Positions 25,125 to 37,710 of a DNA stretch of 64,000 nt are shown here, one piece after another. The DNA comes from Callorhinchus milii (taxonomy: Eukaryota). The first letter of the stretch is position 1. Every line of letters begins with the position of its first letter. The position numbers and the translations under genes were made by a program. The notes under the pieces are model-generated. The model did no database searches and was not told where the DNA came from. It saw nothing but the letters and a program-made list of their open reading frames with translations. The stretch covers positions 3,968,001 through 4,032,000 of the forward strand of contig NW_024704771.1 of NCBI RefSeq assembly GCF_018977255.1, read 5' to 3'.

Positions 25125-25655
25125 CCCCCCCACAGGGACAGTTAGAGAGGAGACCCCCCCACAGGGACAGTTAGAGAGGAGACCCCCCCACAGGGACAGT
25201 TAGAGAGGAGACCCCCCCCACAGGGACAGTTAGAGAGGAGACCCCCCCCCCACAGGGACAGTTAGAGAGGAGACCCCCCCCACAGGGACAGTTAGAGAGG
25301 AGACCCCCCCCCACAGGGACAGTTAGAGAGGAGACCCCCCCCACAGGGACAGTTAGAGAGGAGACCCCCCCCCCACAGGGACAGTTAGAGAGGAGACCCC
25401 CCCCCATAGGGACAGTTAGAGAGGAGACCCCCCACAGGGACAGTTAGAGAGGAGACCCCCCCCACAGGGACAGTTAGAGAGGAGATCCCCCCCACAGGGA
25501 CAGTTAGAGAGGAGACCCCCCCCACAGGGACAGTTAGAGAGGAGACCCCCTCCACAGGGACAGTTAGAGAGGAGACCCCCCACAGGGACAGATAGAGAGG
25601 AGACCCCCCCCACAGGGACAGTTAGAGAGGAGACCCCCCCCACAGGGACAGTCAG
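25125..25655. repeat. ~30-bp minisatellite, about 18 copies (Cn-acagggacagttagagaggaga)
   Basis: Directly visible tandem units that vary mainly in C-run length. Confidence 0.95.
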
Positions 25656-26343
25656 AGTGAGGAGAGGAGCCCCCGACGCGGGGCTGGAACCCGCGACCCC
25701 CTGACTCAGAGGTAAGAGCCTCCGCCCGAGCCGGGCCGCCTGACGGCTCACAGCGAGACCCCCCATCGGCCGTGTCCGGCCACAGGGACCGACGCCGATT
25801 CGGCGTCGAATCGAAATGATAAATACTTATCATTTTCCCGTAACAATTTATCTTAAGTTACACCAACCAAACCCTGTAACGTACCAAGGTATAGTTATGC
25901 TGATTCCGATGAGGCATGTGATGGGCAACGTTCACCTGAGCAAACAACCAATTTATTATGAAGCTTGACAATCCCCCGGTTAGCTAACAAACGTAAGCAT
26001 TTCCAGCTGAACCCAAATAATAGCTTAACGTATTTCCGATTCCAACATTATGGATTGACGTTGTATCGAACATTTTATTTTGAGCAAAGTTGACGCGTTG
26101 GTTACAATCCGGACCCAAAACCAATAGAAACCTGATGTCAACAGGGAGCCCCGCACCCAGAGACCCGCCCGGTCTGGCCACGGCCCATACCCGCTCTGGT
26201 GCTGCAGGAGGGGGCTCTATCCTGAAGGGGCAAAACATCTACAGATCAGAGATCTGGTCCCGTGGAGATATCACTGGGACTTGGGTTAAAGTGGGTTAGA
26301 CAGAAGGCAGTGAATCACATGGAAATTGATCACTGTTAATGTG

Positions 26344-29300
26344 TTATAACCGGCAGATTCTCAGTTGCGCCGAGTTTTTCCCATCGTAATCATTACAGGG
26401 ACCAAAGAGAGGATAAAGTTTCTCAGTGAATATTTGGGTGAAAGTGTGGAGATGAGACATGTTGTCAGCGTTGTAAAATGACACCTGTCCCCCCTCATAG
26501 TCCAGGTACACCCCGATCTTCCCGGGTCTCACTGTCAGGGGCAGGCGGGTGGGAGGTGAGGTCAGAGCTTCATAGACCCGGCCCCACAGCCACACACCCC
26601 AGACCCCACCCTCTGTTGACCACGTGATTGGTTGTTTCCTGTTGACAGACTCTCTGGTCACTCCCACAGTCCACGCAGTCTTGTTGCCCACCTGCACTTC
26701 CCAGTAATGTCTCCCTGATGTGAAGCCCTCAGATCCCAGGACAATGAGAGATATAGTAAACCTCTTTGGGGTGTCAGGGACCGGCTGCCATTCGTCTCCA
26801 TCTCTCACACTGGTCAGGTCCTCAGACACGATGAGCGAGGGATGGGCTGTGTCAGGATCCAGAGTCAGGGCGGCCGGAGCTGAGAGAGAGAGAGAGAAAA
26901 ATAACATAAAGTGTAGTGAGACACTTGTCACCTCCCACCTGGATTACTCAAACACTCTCCATGCCGGTTTCCCCAGCGCCACTGTTCAAAAATCCCGATC
27001 ATTCAGAACTTTGCCCTCCACCTGGACCACACTCCGAACCCCCTTCTCACCATTTCTGGCCAGGCTCCACTGGCACCCTATCATCGAGTAGATCATCTTC
27101 AAGATCCTCACGCTCATGTTCAAATCCTTTCACTCCCTAATTCCTCCCTACCTCTCCGATCCCCTCACTCCCCAAACCACCACCCAGCGCCTCCTCTCGA
27201 CTGGCACTGGCCCTACTGCTCATCCCTTCCGCCATTGAAGGTCTACGCCTCAAACCTCTGGTAAACTCTCCCCCGATCTCTGCACCTTGCTCCCTCTTTT
27301 TCCCTTTTTTAAGTCCTGCTTTAAAACCTTCCTCTTCGACCACGCTAATGGTCCAACACCCCAGCTCAGAGTCAGGCTCCGCCACTGTTAAGCGCTCTGA
27401 GACTCTAACTTGCATGGAAGTCACTACGTAAGTGCAAGTTGTTGTAAAAAGCACGGATTGTGTACCACTGCTAGGCTGCCAGCAAAGGGCACCAGTGACT
27501 GGAGTCGCTGTTGGTGAACATGGTACTGTAAGAGTAAAGTAAGAGTAAAGAACCCTGGGGTGACATTTCCTTTCTAACAATGTTTAATTTGTTAGGATCC
27601 AGATGAATGTGAGACTATTCACGTACCTTCCGTCTGAGAATAGGAGACATTTACCTGGGCTGATAATGTCCAGCACCTCTCTCCAGGCTGTGTACTGTAC
27701 AAGTCCTTTGCACATCCCCACAGGCAGATCCCCCTCAGATAAAGACAGTTTAAAATCCTCATCACTGATCCTGAAATAAGAGACGCTCACATTATAAAGT
27801 GAAACTACACATTGTGTTTCATTTGTGAATTAAATTCTGGGGATATTTTGTGAAGATCATTTCGTACCTTCTCTTCCGAACAGCTTCCTCCTAATGAAAT
27901 AAAACACAGACAGATCTGAGCTCACACTGAGACGTTACATTGTAAATTCAGAATACACAGAATAGAATTCTACAGCAGTAAGGATTACTATTATTATTAT
28001 GTAACACCGTTCCCACCACGGACATCTCCCCAAAGCGCAGAGTGAGTTCTGCTTCCAGACGCGCACTCACACTCAATAACTCCAATAACTTTATATTTAT
28101 ATTGATATAAATGTAACAAAACATCGATATCATTAAAGATTAAATTAAACACAGCTACAAATCAAAACAGTTATAAATGTTAATATCAACAGTAACGGAA
28201 GCGAATATAAATATAAATAACTGACAAGAACTTTAATCCCAGGATAACCACGGCTGAAGTGTCCCTGGCTGTTGGCTTTGCGGGGACACTGCAGGCCTTG
28301 GGAGTGACTGATGTGGGTTTACTTCTATTCTGAGTGGCAGCAGCAGAGTCACTATCAGATTATACCAAATAATCAATAAAATCACTGCGCTGTTTAACAG
28401 TCAGACTTTGACTTTCTTCTCCAGACTGTGTGTAACTTTCACTGAACTAAATTGTAATTTCATCTTTACCTGCAGAAAAGTGAGAGCGTCTTTTTCCATC
28501 TGATTCTGTAACTCTGAGAGCTTTTTCTGAACAGAAGCTAAATTGTCCTGAATCTGTCGCAGATTTTTCTTCATTCGTTGCAATATCTCCTCCTCTCGCT
28601 TTCTGAGCTCTCGGATTACACGCTGCTCCCTGTCGGTGAGGCTCTGGTGCATTTTAGCAAACTCGGCCGTGACATTGTTCGCCAGACTGCTTGCCTGTTT
28701 CTGTAAAATAAGGCGTCAGCCATCACACTACACTGCGCACAGTAAAGAGAGACACACGACTGAGAGCCCAGACATCAGCCCCGACACAACTCACCTTAAC
28801 TTGTGAAATCTTTTCTTTCTGTTTAACTTCAGCTTCTAGAGCAGTGGCCTTCCTCTGTGTGAGAGAGTCTAAGGAGGGTTTCACTTTATCCTGGAATTAA
28901 TAAAAACAATATTAATTCTTGCATTTGATATAGTGCCTAATCACATCTTTAAGACGTCTCACAGTGCTTCACAGAATATACCGTTAAAGTGAGTTGACTA
29001 TATTTTGTGGGAGAAAAGCGGCAGCCGAATGCACGCAGTGTCCCACAAACATTCGTGGATTGAGTGAACATTTTAAAAATTATTTTGAAGGAATTATTTC
29101 CCCAGAAAAGCGATCTACCAATCGCTTACAACTGAGTTCCTACTTACTGCTACGTAAACATAGGAGAGTGGAGTAAGAAATCTTGCCCAACGTTTCCTCC
29201 TGCCGGGACTTGAATCCAGATCGCCTTACTTGCGACTTGAGTGGTCTTAACCACTAAACTACAGGACTCCACATTAAATTAAGTCGAATTAAATAGAAAC

Positions 29301-29771
29301 TGAGAAAAGTTTGTTTAAACAGAGAATTAGATCAGACTGAGCTCAATTGACAGTCTGGTGGCCTTTTACCTTATACATCTGAACAGCCTCCTGTATGGGG
29401 ATGAAGCTGTGGTGTCTGTGTTCTCGGGCGTCTCTGCAAACCAGACACATCAGTTTCTTGTCTGTCTCACAGAACAGCTCCAGTTCCTCCTGATGCTCCT
29501 CACAGTGACGTCTTTCTGTCTCCTCCAGGGCTGCACTCAGCCTTCGAGCTTTCACGGACAGCCTCGCCAGGGTCCAGTTGCCCCTCATGCAAATGTTGGC
29601 AAAGACTGTGCTGCATTCGGGACAGGCTTTGCTCTCCTTATTTTCCCAGCGCTGTGAGATACAGGAGCGGCAGAAGTTGTGGCCACAATCCAGGGTGACC
29701 GGGTTGGTAAAGAGATGCAGACAAATCGAACAAATCAAGTCCTTGGTCAGACTCTGGTGTCTGGAAGCCAT
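26344..29771 (-). CDS. G5: TRIM RING-B-box-CC-PRY/SPRY
   Basis: Exons 29771-29370, 28890-28795, 28700-28470, 27890-27868, 27770-27655, 26879-26344. Canonical sizes and splice sites. Confidence 0.92.
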
Positions 29772-30074
29772 GGTCACCTCTCAGCTCCCTTGGTCACACC
29801 TTTCAGTCTCAGGGTTTCCGTGCTGTGTGTGTGTGTGTCCCGCCCTGGACACTCCTTCACTGCCGATCACCTCGATCACTTTCACCTTTGGAGCCTCCGT
29901 GGTGAAGATTGTGGGGGAAGCGACACAGAGGAAACAGAGCAAAGTTCATTCTGAACGCAGCCCTAAAGTGCCGAGGAGGCATAAGATAAACCTGGAAAAT
30001 ATTAACAATAATCTAAGCGTTTGATATTGTTTTCTGGACGTCTCAAAGCGCCTCATAGGTACTTACTTACTTAC

Positions 30075-31150
30075 CTCCCTCCACACTGCAGGTCATTCAG
30101 AACTCTGCAGCTCGTGTACTGTCCCGCACCAGACACCGCGACCACATCACTCCCACCCTCGCTCGCCTCCACTGGCTCCCCATCCCCCAGAGGATTGATT
30201 TCAAGATCCTCATCCTCACCTACAAGGCCATTCACGGCCTCGCTCCCTCCTACCTCTCCGACCTACTATCCCCCTACGTACCTGCCCGTACCCTCCGTTC
30301 CTCTGGCTCCAGTCTGCTCCACATCCCCCGCCCCAACCGCCCTACCATCGGTGGTCGGGTCTTCAGCCTCTCAGCCCCGAGGCTCTGGAACTCTATCCCC
30401 CAGTGCCTTCGCCGCTTCCTCCCTTTCCTCCTTCAAGGCCGGTCTCAAAACCTTTCTCTTTGACCGAGCCTTCAGGTCCCCTCTCGACTCTCTACCCCCT
30501 CCTCGCTCCCTCCCTTCCCTCCCCTCACCCTGACCATTTCCCCCCTCCTCGCTCCCTCCCTTCCCTCCCCTCACCCTGACCATTTCCCCCTCCTCGCTCC
30601 CTCCCTTCCCTCCCCTCACCCTGACCATTTCCCCCCTCCTCGCTCCCTCCCTTCCCTCCCCTCACCCTGACTATTTCCCCCCTCCTCGCCCCCTCCCTTC
30701 CCTCCCCTCACCCTGACCATTTCCCCCCTCCTCGCTCCCTCCCTTCCCTCCCCTCACCCTGACCATTTCCCCCCTCCTCGCTCCCTCCCTTCCCTCCCCT
30801 CACCCTGACTATTTCCCCCCTCCTCGCTCCCTCCCTTCCCTCCCCTCACCCTGACCATTTCCCCCCTCCTCGCTCCCTCCCTTCCCTCCCCTCACCCTGA
30901 CCATTTCCCCCCTCCTCGCTCCCTCCCTTCCCTCCCCTCACCCTGACCATTTCCCCCCTCCTCGCTCCCTCCCTTCCCTCCCCTCACCCTGACCATTTCC
31001 CCCCTCCTCGCCCCCTCCCTTCCCTCCCCTCCCCCTGACCATTTCCCCCCCAATGCTCGGGTCCTGACCCAACTGTGCAGCGCCTCGGGACGTCCTCCTG
31101 ACGTGAAAGGCGCTTTATAAATGGAATCTTGTTGTTGTTGTTGTTGTTGC
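30075..31150 (+). mobile_element. L2 3' fragment carrying about 12 copies of the 46-bp pyrimidine-rich repeat (about 30495-31050)
   Basis: LHWLP/RIDFKIL-type coding remnant, unit cccctcaccctgaccatttcccccctcctcgctccctcccttccct, (ttg)n tail. Confidence 0.9.
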
Positions 31151-31502
31151 TGTTGAATGTCGTAACTGTGTATTTTGCGACATTGAACTGAGGTCCGGTG
31201 TTCCTGTCCAGGTGGACATGAACAATAAGATGGGAGCTCAGGCTGGCAGTCCCCCAGGTATAATGGATCAATCACTTCAAAGTTCTTTATGGGACATTGA
31301 TATGTGTAAATTGCCTCTGTGTTCACGTGCAGTACACACAGTCGCTCCGCTTCGCAGTAAAATCCGGCTTCGGGATATCTTCTTCCCGACATGAGAGCTG
31401 CCATCTCAGGTTCAAGGATTATTATCAGTTTTGTTATGAGAGGTTTCATATTTATCTTTTTATATAAACTGAACTGACGTTTAACATCTCATCTGAAGTT
31501 CT

Positions 31503-32265
31503 TGCCCCTTCCCCCAGCACCGTGCCTTTCCCCCAGCACCGTGCCACCCCCCCACCCCCAGAACCATGCCACTCCCCCCAGGACCGTGCCACTCCGCCCA
31601 GCACTCTGGCCCTCCCCCCAGCACTCTGCCCCTCCCCCCCAGCACTCTGCCCCTCCCCCCAGCACTGTGCCCCTCCCCCCAGCACTCTGCCCCTCCCCCC
31701 AGCACTCTGCCCCTCCCCCCAGCACTCTGCCCCTCCCCCCAGCACTCTGCCCCTCCCCCCAGCACTCTGCCCCTCCCCCCCAGCACTCTGCCCCTCCCCC
31801 CAGCACCGTACCCCTCCCCCAGCACTGTACCCCTCCCCATCACAGTGCCCCTCCCCCCAGCACTGTGCCCCTCCCCCCAGCACTGTGCCCCTCGCCCCCA
31901 GCACTGTGCCCCTCCCCCCAGCACTGTGCCCCTCCCCCCAGTCCTGTGCCCCTCCCCCCCAACACTGTGGCTCTCCCCCCAGCAATGTGCCCCTCCCCCC
32001 AGCACTGTGCCCTTCCCCCAGCACCGTGCCCCTCCCCCAGCACTGTGCCCCTCCCCATCACTGTGCCCCTCCCCCCAGCACCGTACCCCTCCCCCCAGCA
32101 CCGTGCCCCTCCCCCAGCACCGTGCCCCTCCCCCAGCACCGTGCCCCTCCCCCAGCACCATGCCCCTCCCCCCAGCACTATGCCCCTCCCCCCAGTACTG
32201 TGACCCTCCCCCTAGAATTGTGCACCTCCCACCAGCACTGTGCCCCTCTCCCCAGCACCGTGCCA
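31503..32265. repeat. ~20-bp C-rich minisatellite (ccctccccccagcactgtgc)n
   Basis: Roughly 35-40 imperfect tandem units; source of the spurious Pro/Gly-rich ORFs. Confidence 0.95.
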
Positions 32266-33217
32266 CCTGCACCTCCCAGTAATGTGGGGTTGCCATGAGG
32301 AGCCCTCCCATTTCCAGGGGTCAGTTAGAGAGAGAGGAGAGGAGCCCCCCCCCCCCCCCCCCAGAGCTACACTGGAGGGTCAGACTGGAGGATCAGCTCC
32401 AAGAGCCCCCAACGCGGGGCTGGAACCCACAACTCACTGACTCAGAGGTAAAAGCCTCCGCCGGAGCCGGGCCGCCTGACGTCTTACAGTGAAACTCACA
32501 TCAGTCGTGTCAGGCCAGAGGGACCTTCAGGTTTAATGAGACTGACGCAAAATATGAATTACAGGCAGAATTACAACAATATTAATCCTTGCCTTATCAC
32601 ACCATCGAGACATCTCAAAGCACTTGACAAGATATACTGTAAAGTGTAGTGACTGTGTAGTTTCTGGGCGAAGGAGCACAGGCTCCAAATGTGAAGGTGC
32701 AAAACTGAACTCACATCAGTTGCTCCCAGTGTAGAGTGTAGAATTATTAAAACAGCTAACTGCATAATGAGCTTAACTACAGAATATTTTAGGGTGTTTG
32801 GGGGTAAATCCTAGTTCAACCACCTAAAACTGCACAGCTCGTCAGCAACGCCCTGGAGTACCGTGGCTCTCGTCCTGGCTCAGGACTAGAGACAGCCACA
32901 GAGGATGGACTCCATGTTTGACGCCGACATTCAGTTGCTGAGCATCTGCCAACCGAAACTCGTGAAAGATGCAAACCACTGAGAGATTTCGGAGAGTATT
33001 TGGGATGGGCTGGTGAGAGCCGAGGCTTGGGGTGGGGGCAGTTGACGCCAAAGTATGAGTCTGAGGGGTGGCTGCTGGAGTTTAATCAGCTAATAACGCA
33101 CAGGATGCCATTGGGTGCACTGTGACAAGCTTCTCGCTGATTGTCCAGTGACCAACCCTTGGGGCACTGACTTGCTGGACCGACTGAGAATCCCACAGGC
33201 TCGCGATTCCCACATCC

Positions 33218-33373
33218 TGTTTGTGGGACATTGCTGTGCGCAATTGGCCGCCGCGTTCGCCCACAAATATACAGTCAATTCACTTTACAGTATATTCTGT
33301 GAAGCGCTTTGGGACGTCCTCCCGACGTGAAAAGCGCTATATCAAATGCAAGGATTATTATTATTATTATTAT
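33218..33373 (+). mobile_element. tRNA-Ala SINE 3' half
   Basis: Body and tail match the family consensus, ending in (TTA)n. Confidence 0.8.
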
Positions 33374-33774
33374 CCTGGGATCAGCGATTTGATCTGGATC
33401 AAAGCTGGAGTAAACCCAGCTTGTGTATGTTCACCTTGGGAGCCTGCTGGAGAGCACACGAACGTCAACAAGATTACATTTGTGTACATCACCAGCCGGA
33501 GTGAAACTGGGAAAAAATCTCCTGGATTGACATTTTATCAAATACTTCACGTTGAGCAAAGTTTACACATTGGGTACAAGCGAGACACAAAGCAGTAGAA
33601 ACTCCCCATGTGTCCCATCTCCAGCCTTATTGCAGGGTCTCTATGAACCCACAGAGCTCGGCATCTTCTCCCGTCATCTTCCCCCCCACCCCCGGCCGCT
33701 CCCACCCCGTATTCCCTTAAGCGACACAGTGAATCACATGGAAGCTGAGGTGAAACCACGTCACCGCTAATGTG

Positions 33775-36526
33775 TTATAACCGGCAGATTCTCAGCGGTT
33801 CCGAGTTTTTCCCGCTATAATTATACCAGGGACCGAAGAAAGGATAAAGTTTCTCGGTGAAAGTGTCAGTGAAAGTGTGGAGACGAGACATGTTGTCAGC
33901 GTTGTAAAATGACACCTGTCCCTCCTCATAGTCCAGGTACACCCCGATCTTCCCGGGTCTCACTGTCAGGGGCAGGAGGGTGGGAGGGGAGGTCAGAGCC
34001 TTATAGACGTTGTCCACCAACCGCACACCCCAAACCCCATCCTCTGGTGACCGTGTGATTGCTTGTTTCCTGTTGACAGACTCTGTGGCCGCTCCCACAG
34101 TCCACCCAGTCTTGTTGCCCACCTGCACCTCCCAGTAATGTCTCCCTGATGTGAAGCCCTCAGATCCCAGGACGATGGGATAGTAACTAAACCTCTTCGG
34201 GGTGTCAGGGAGCGGCTGCCGTTTGTCTCCGTATCTCACACTGGTCAGGTCCTCAGACAGGATGAGCCGGGGATGGGCTGTGTCAGGATCCAGAGTCAGA
34301 GCGGCCGGAGCTGAGAGAGAGAGAGAGAAAAATAACACAAAGCGGAGTGAGGGGATCACGGAGCTGGGGGGGCTGCAACGCGGTAATGCAGTACTACAAG
34401 AGTACAGAGCTCTGCGCTGTGTTGCAGTGACGTCTCATCACCAACAACGTTTAGTTTGTTAGGATCAGGTGACTGTCAGATATTCACACTCCTTCAGTCT
34501 GAGAGACTCCACGACCACTGCTGTGCTGACAGAATGTCTGTCAGTCATCAAGTCCTCGATGAGAGCTAATTTCAGTCGAAGGTTAACAAGACCGAGGCCC
34601 TCCTGATTGGCTCCCGTCAGCGCCTCCGCACCTCAGGTGCTGACAGTGTCACCATCGGTGGTTGACCACTCCACTTACTAAGACAGTCCGGAATCTTGGG
34701 GTCTCGTTCGACCCTCAACGACCCCACATTCGCGCCGTGATCTGCCTTCCCCCACCTCCGCAACGTCGCCCGGCTCAGACACTGTCTCACACCGCAGGCC
34801 ACCCAAACCCTCATCCACCCCTTTATTACATCAAGGCTCGACTACGCAAACTCACTGCTTGTCGGCCTCCGCAGGCTGCAGATCATCCAGAACTCTGCAG
34901 CCCATGTCCTCTCCCGCACTAGGATCAGTGACCCTATCACCCCCATCCTCGCCCAACTCCACTGGGCTTCCCATCACACATGAGGATACAGTTAAAGATC
35001 CTGGTCCTCACCTTCAAAGCCCTCCACAGTCTTGATTCCCCCCTGCGACCTCCTAACCCCCTACCACCCTGTCCGCTCCCTCTGCTCACTGCATGTCCCC
35101 CGCCTTGCTCGCCCCACTATTGGCGGGCAGGCCTTCCACCACTCTGCACCCACCCCGGAGTCCCTCCATCTTGGCCACTCCCTCGTCACCTTCAAGACCC
35201 ACCTCAAGCTTCTTCCACCGTGCTTTCAATCTCACTGCTTCCCCCCCCCTGCCCTCCCCACTCCACCACCCCGACCCTCAGCTCAGGTCCGTAAATCTAT
35301 CCAGTGCCTTGGGACGTCCCCCCAACATGAAAGGTCTTATATAAATGTAATGTTGTTGTTGTTGAGAATGGAAAACACGTACCTGGGCTGATACTGTCCA
35401 TCAACTCTTTCCAGGCTGTGTTCTTCAGCGGCCATTTGAATATCCCCACAGGCAGTTTATCCTCAGATAATGACAGCAGATTTTCATCATCGCTAATCCT
35501 GAAATAAGAGACGTTCACATTATAAAGTGAAACTACACATTGTGTTTGGTTTGTGTAGTAAATTCGGGGGATATTTTGTAAAGGACATTTCATACCTTCT
35601 CTTCCGAGCCGCTTCCTCCTAATGAAATAAAACACAGACAGATCTGAGCTCACACTGAGACACCACATTGTAAACTCAGATACACAGAATAGAATTCTAC
35701 AGCACACAGTTTACTGTAATTATTACAAGAATATCAGTCACTCAATTTTATCTCCAGGTTACAGAGTGAGACCTTAAAAACACACCTTCATACTCAGTAA
35801 CTTACAGATATCACCTGTGGATACGGTCAATAGAACATTAATGCGATTTCACTGTAATTAGAAGGTAAATGATAGAATTCTCACACGGATAAATAAATCT
35901 TAATCCCAGAATAACCACAGCTGAATTGTCCCCGGATGTTGGCTTTTGCAGGGAAACTGCAAGCCCAAGGAGTATAACTCATGTGGGTTTAGTTCTGTAC
36001 TGAGTGACAGCAGCAGAGCCGCTATCAGATTATACCAAATGATCAATAAAATCACTGGGGCTGTTTAACAGTCAGACTGTGACTTTCTGCTCCAGACTGT
36101 GTGTAACTTTTACGGAACTAAATTATCATTTCATCTCTTTACCTGCAGAAAGGTGAGAGCGTCTTTTTCCATCTGTTTCTGTAACTCTGAGAGCTTTTGC
36201 TGAACAGAAGCTAATTTGTCCTGAATCTGTCGCGGATTTTTCTCCATTCGGTGTAAAACCTCCTCCTCTCGCTGTCTGAGCTCTCGGATTTCACGCTGCT
36301 CTCTGTCAGTGAGGCTCTGGTGCATTTTCGCAAACTCAGCCGTGATGTGGTTCTGTTGACTGTCCGCCTGTTCCTGCAAAATGAAGCGTCAGCCATCACA
36401 CTGCGCACAGTAAAGAGAGAAACACGACTGAGAGCCCAGACATCAGCCCCGACACAACTTACCTTCACTTGTGAAATCTTTTCTTTCTGTTTAACTTGAG
36501 CTTCTGCAGCAGTGGCCTTCCTCTGC
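33775..36526 (-). pseudogene. G6: 5'-truncated TRIM (no RING/B-box exon); exons 3-6 intact
   Basis: Partial exon 2 (about 36526-36463, acceptor deleted), then 36373-36143, 35618-35596, 35498-35383, 34310-33775, all open and in phase. No RING exon is visible between 36.5 kb and the G7 stop. Confidence 0.75.
34500..35365 (+). mobile_element. Degenerate L2 fragment in G6 intron 5
   Basis: [34 protein letters not shown] motifs; (ttg)n tail. Confidence 0.8.
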
Positions 36527-36592
36527 GTTTATTTCTTTATTTTGAAGGAATTATCACCCCTAGAAAAGCGATCCACCTATCATCTAATAACC

Positions 36593-36923
36593 GTGGAGTC
36601 CTGTAGCTCAGTAGTTAGAGCACTCGCTTTGCAAGCGAGAGACCTGAGTTCAATTCCAGGCAGAGGGCGAAACCTTGGGCAAGTTTCCTTACTCCACACA
36701 GAGCCTAATAATAATCCTCCAAAACCAAAAACAATAATAAATTGGTCATTTTCAATCTACGACTGTTTGTGGGACATTGCTGTGCGCAATTGGCTGCCGC
36801 GTTCGCCCACAAATATACAGTCAATTCACTTTACAGTGTGTTCTGTGAAGCGCTTTGGGACGTCCTCCCGACGTGAAAAGCGCTATATCAAATGCAAGGA
36901 TTATTATTATTATTATTATTATT
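36593..36923 (+). mobile_element. tRNA-Ala SINE, full length
   Basis: gtggagtcctgtagctcagtagttagagcactcgctttgcaagcg...gaagcgctttgggacgtcctcccgacgtgaaaagcgct...(tta)n. Confidence 0.9.
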
Positions 36924-37442
36924 AACCGGGTTCCCACTTACTGCTGGAAGCAGAGGTCTGCGGAGTAAGGAACATACCCAACATTTCGGGAATTGAACCC
37001 AGGTCTCTTGCTTGCGAGGGCAGGTACTCTATCCACTGAGCCGCAGTAATCCCACAACAAGACTTTCGGATGCACACAGACAGCAGAATACGGACACGGG
37101 TTTCGACCGCAAAGAGGGGAATTTCAACATTTGGGGTATCTTGTAACCCGGAGGGCGATTAATGACTGGAACGGGATGATCAGTCATTAAGAACCCGCTC
37201 GATCCTGTGAGGGGAGGACAGTCAGGCAGGTGTCCTGGTGAGATGAGGTCAGATGGACTGATCGGCCTTCTTCAACCAAACCAATCTTGTGATCTTGTGA
37301 ACAGGCGGCAGATTGCAGGAGGAAGGGAAGACTGAGGGAGATTAGGAGCTGCACTGCCTTCGTGTTGGGAAAGAATGGGTGCGAGAGAAGATTGTGGAAT
37401 GTGATTTGATCACAACCCGGGATTAGTGACCGGAATGACCTG

Positions 37443-37710
37443 ATAATAATAATAATAATAATAATAATCCTTGCATTTGATATAGCGCTTTTCACGTCGG
37501 GAGGACGTCCCAAAGCGCTTCACAGAACACACTGTAAAGTGAATTGACTGTATATTTGTGGGCGAACGCGGCAGCCAATTGCGCACAGCAATGTCCCACA
37601 AACAGTCGTGGATTGAAAATGACCAATTTATTATTGTTTTTGGTTTTGGAGGGATTATTATTAGGCTCTGTGTGGAGTAAGGAAACTTGCCCAAGGTTTC
37701 GCCCTCTGCC
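37443..37710 (-). mobile_element. tRNA-Ala SINE lacking its head
   Basis: Reverse complement of 36660-36923. Confidence 0.85.

Noticed and set aside
25125-25655. CRISPR-like regularly spaced repeats
   Set aside because: No unique spacers (only C-run variation), vertebrate context and no cas genes; it is a minisatellite.
31452-32311. Long Gly/Trp- and Pro-rich ORFs (up to 276 aa)
   Set aside because: Open in most frames because the 20-bp tandem repeat lacks stop codons.
36593-36670. tRNA-Ala(TGC) genes at the SINE heads
   Set aside because: No proper acceptor stem or terminator; each continues into the SINE body and LINE-like tail.
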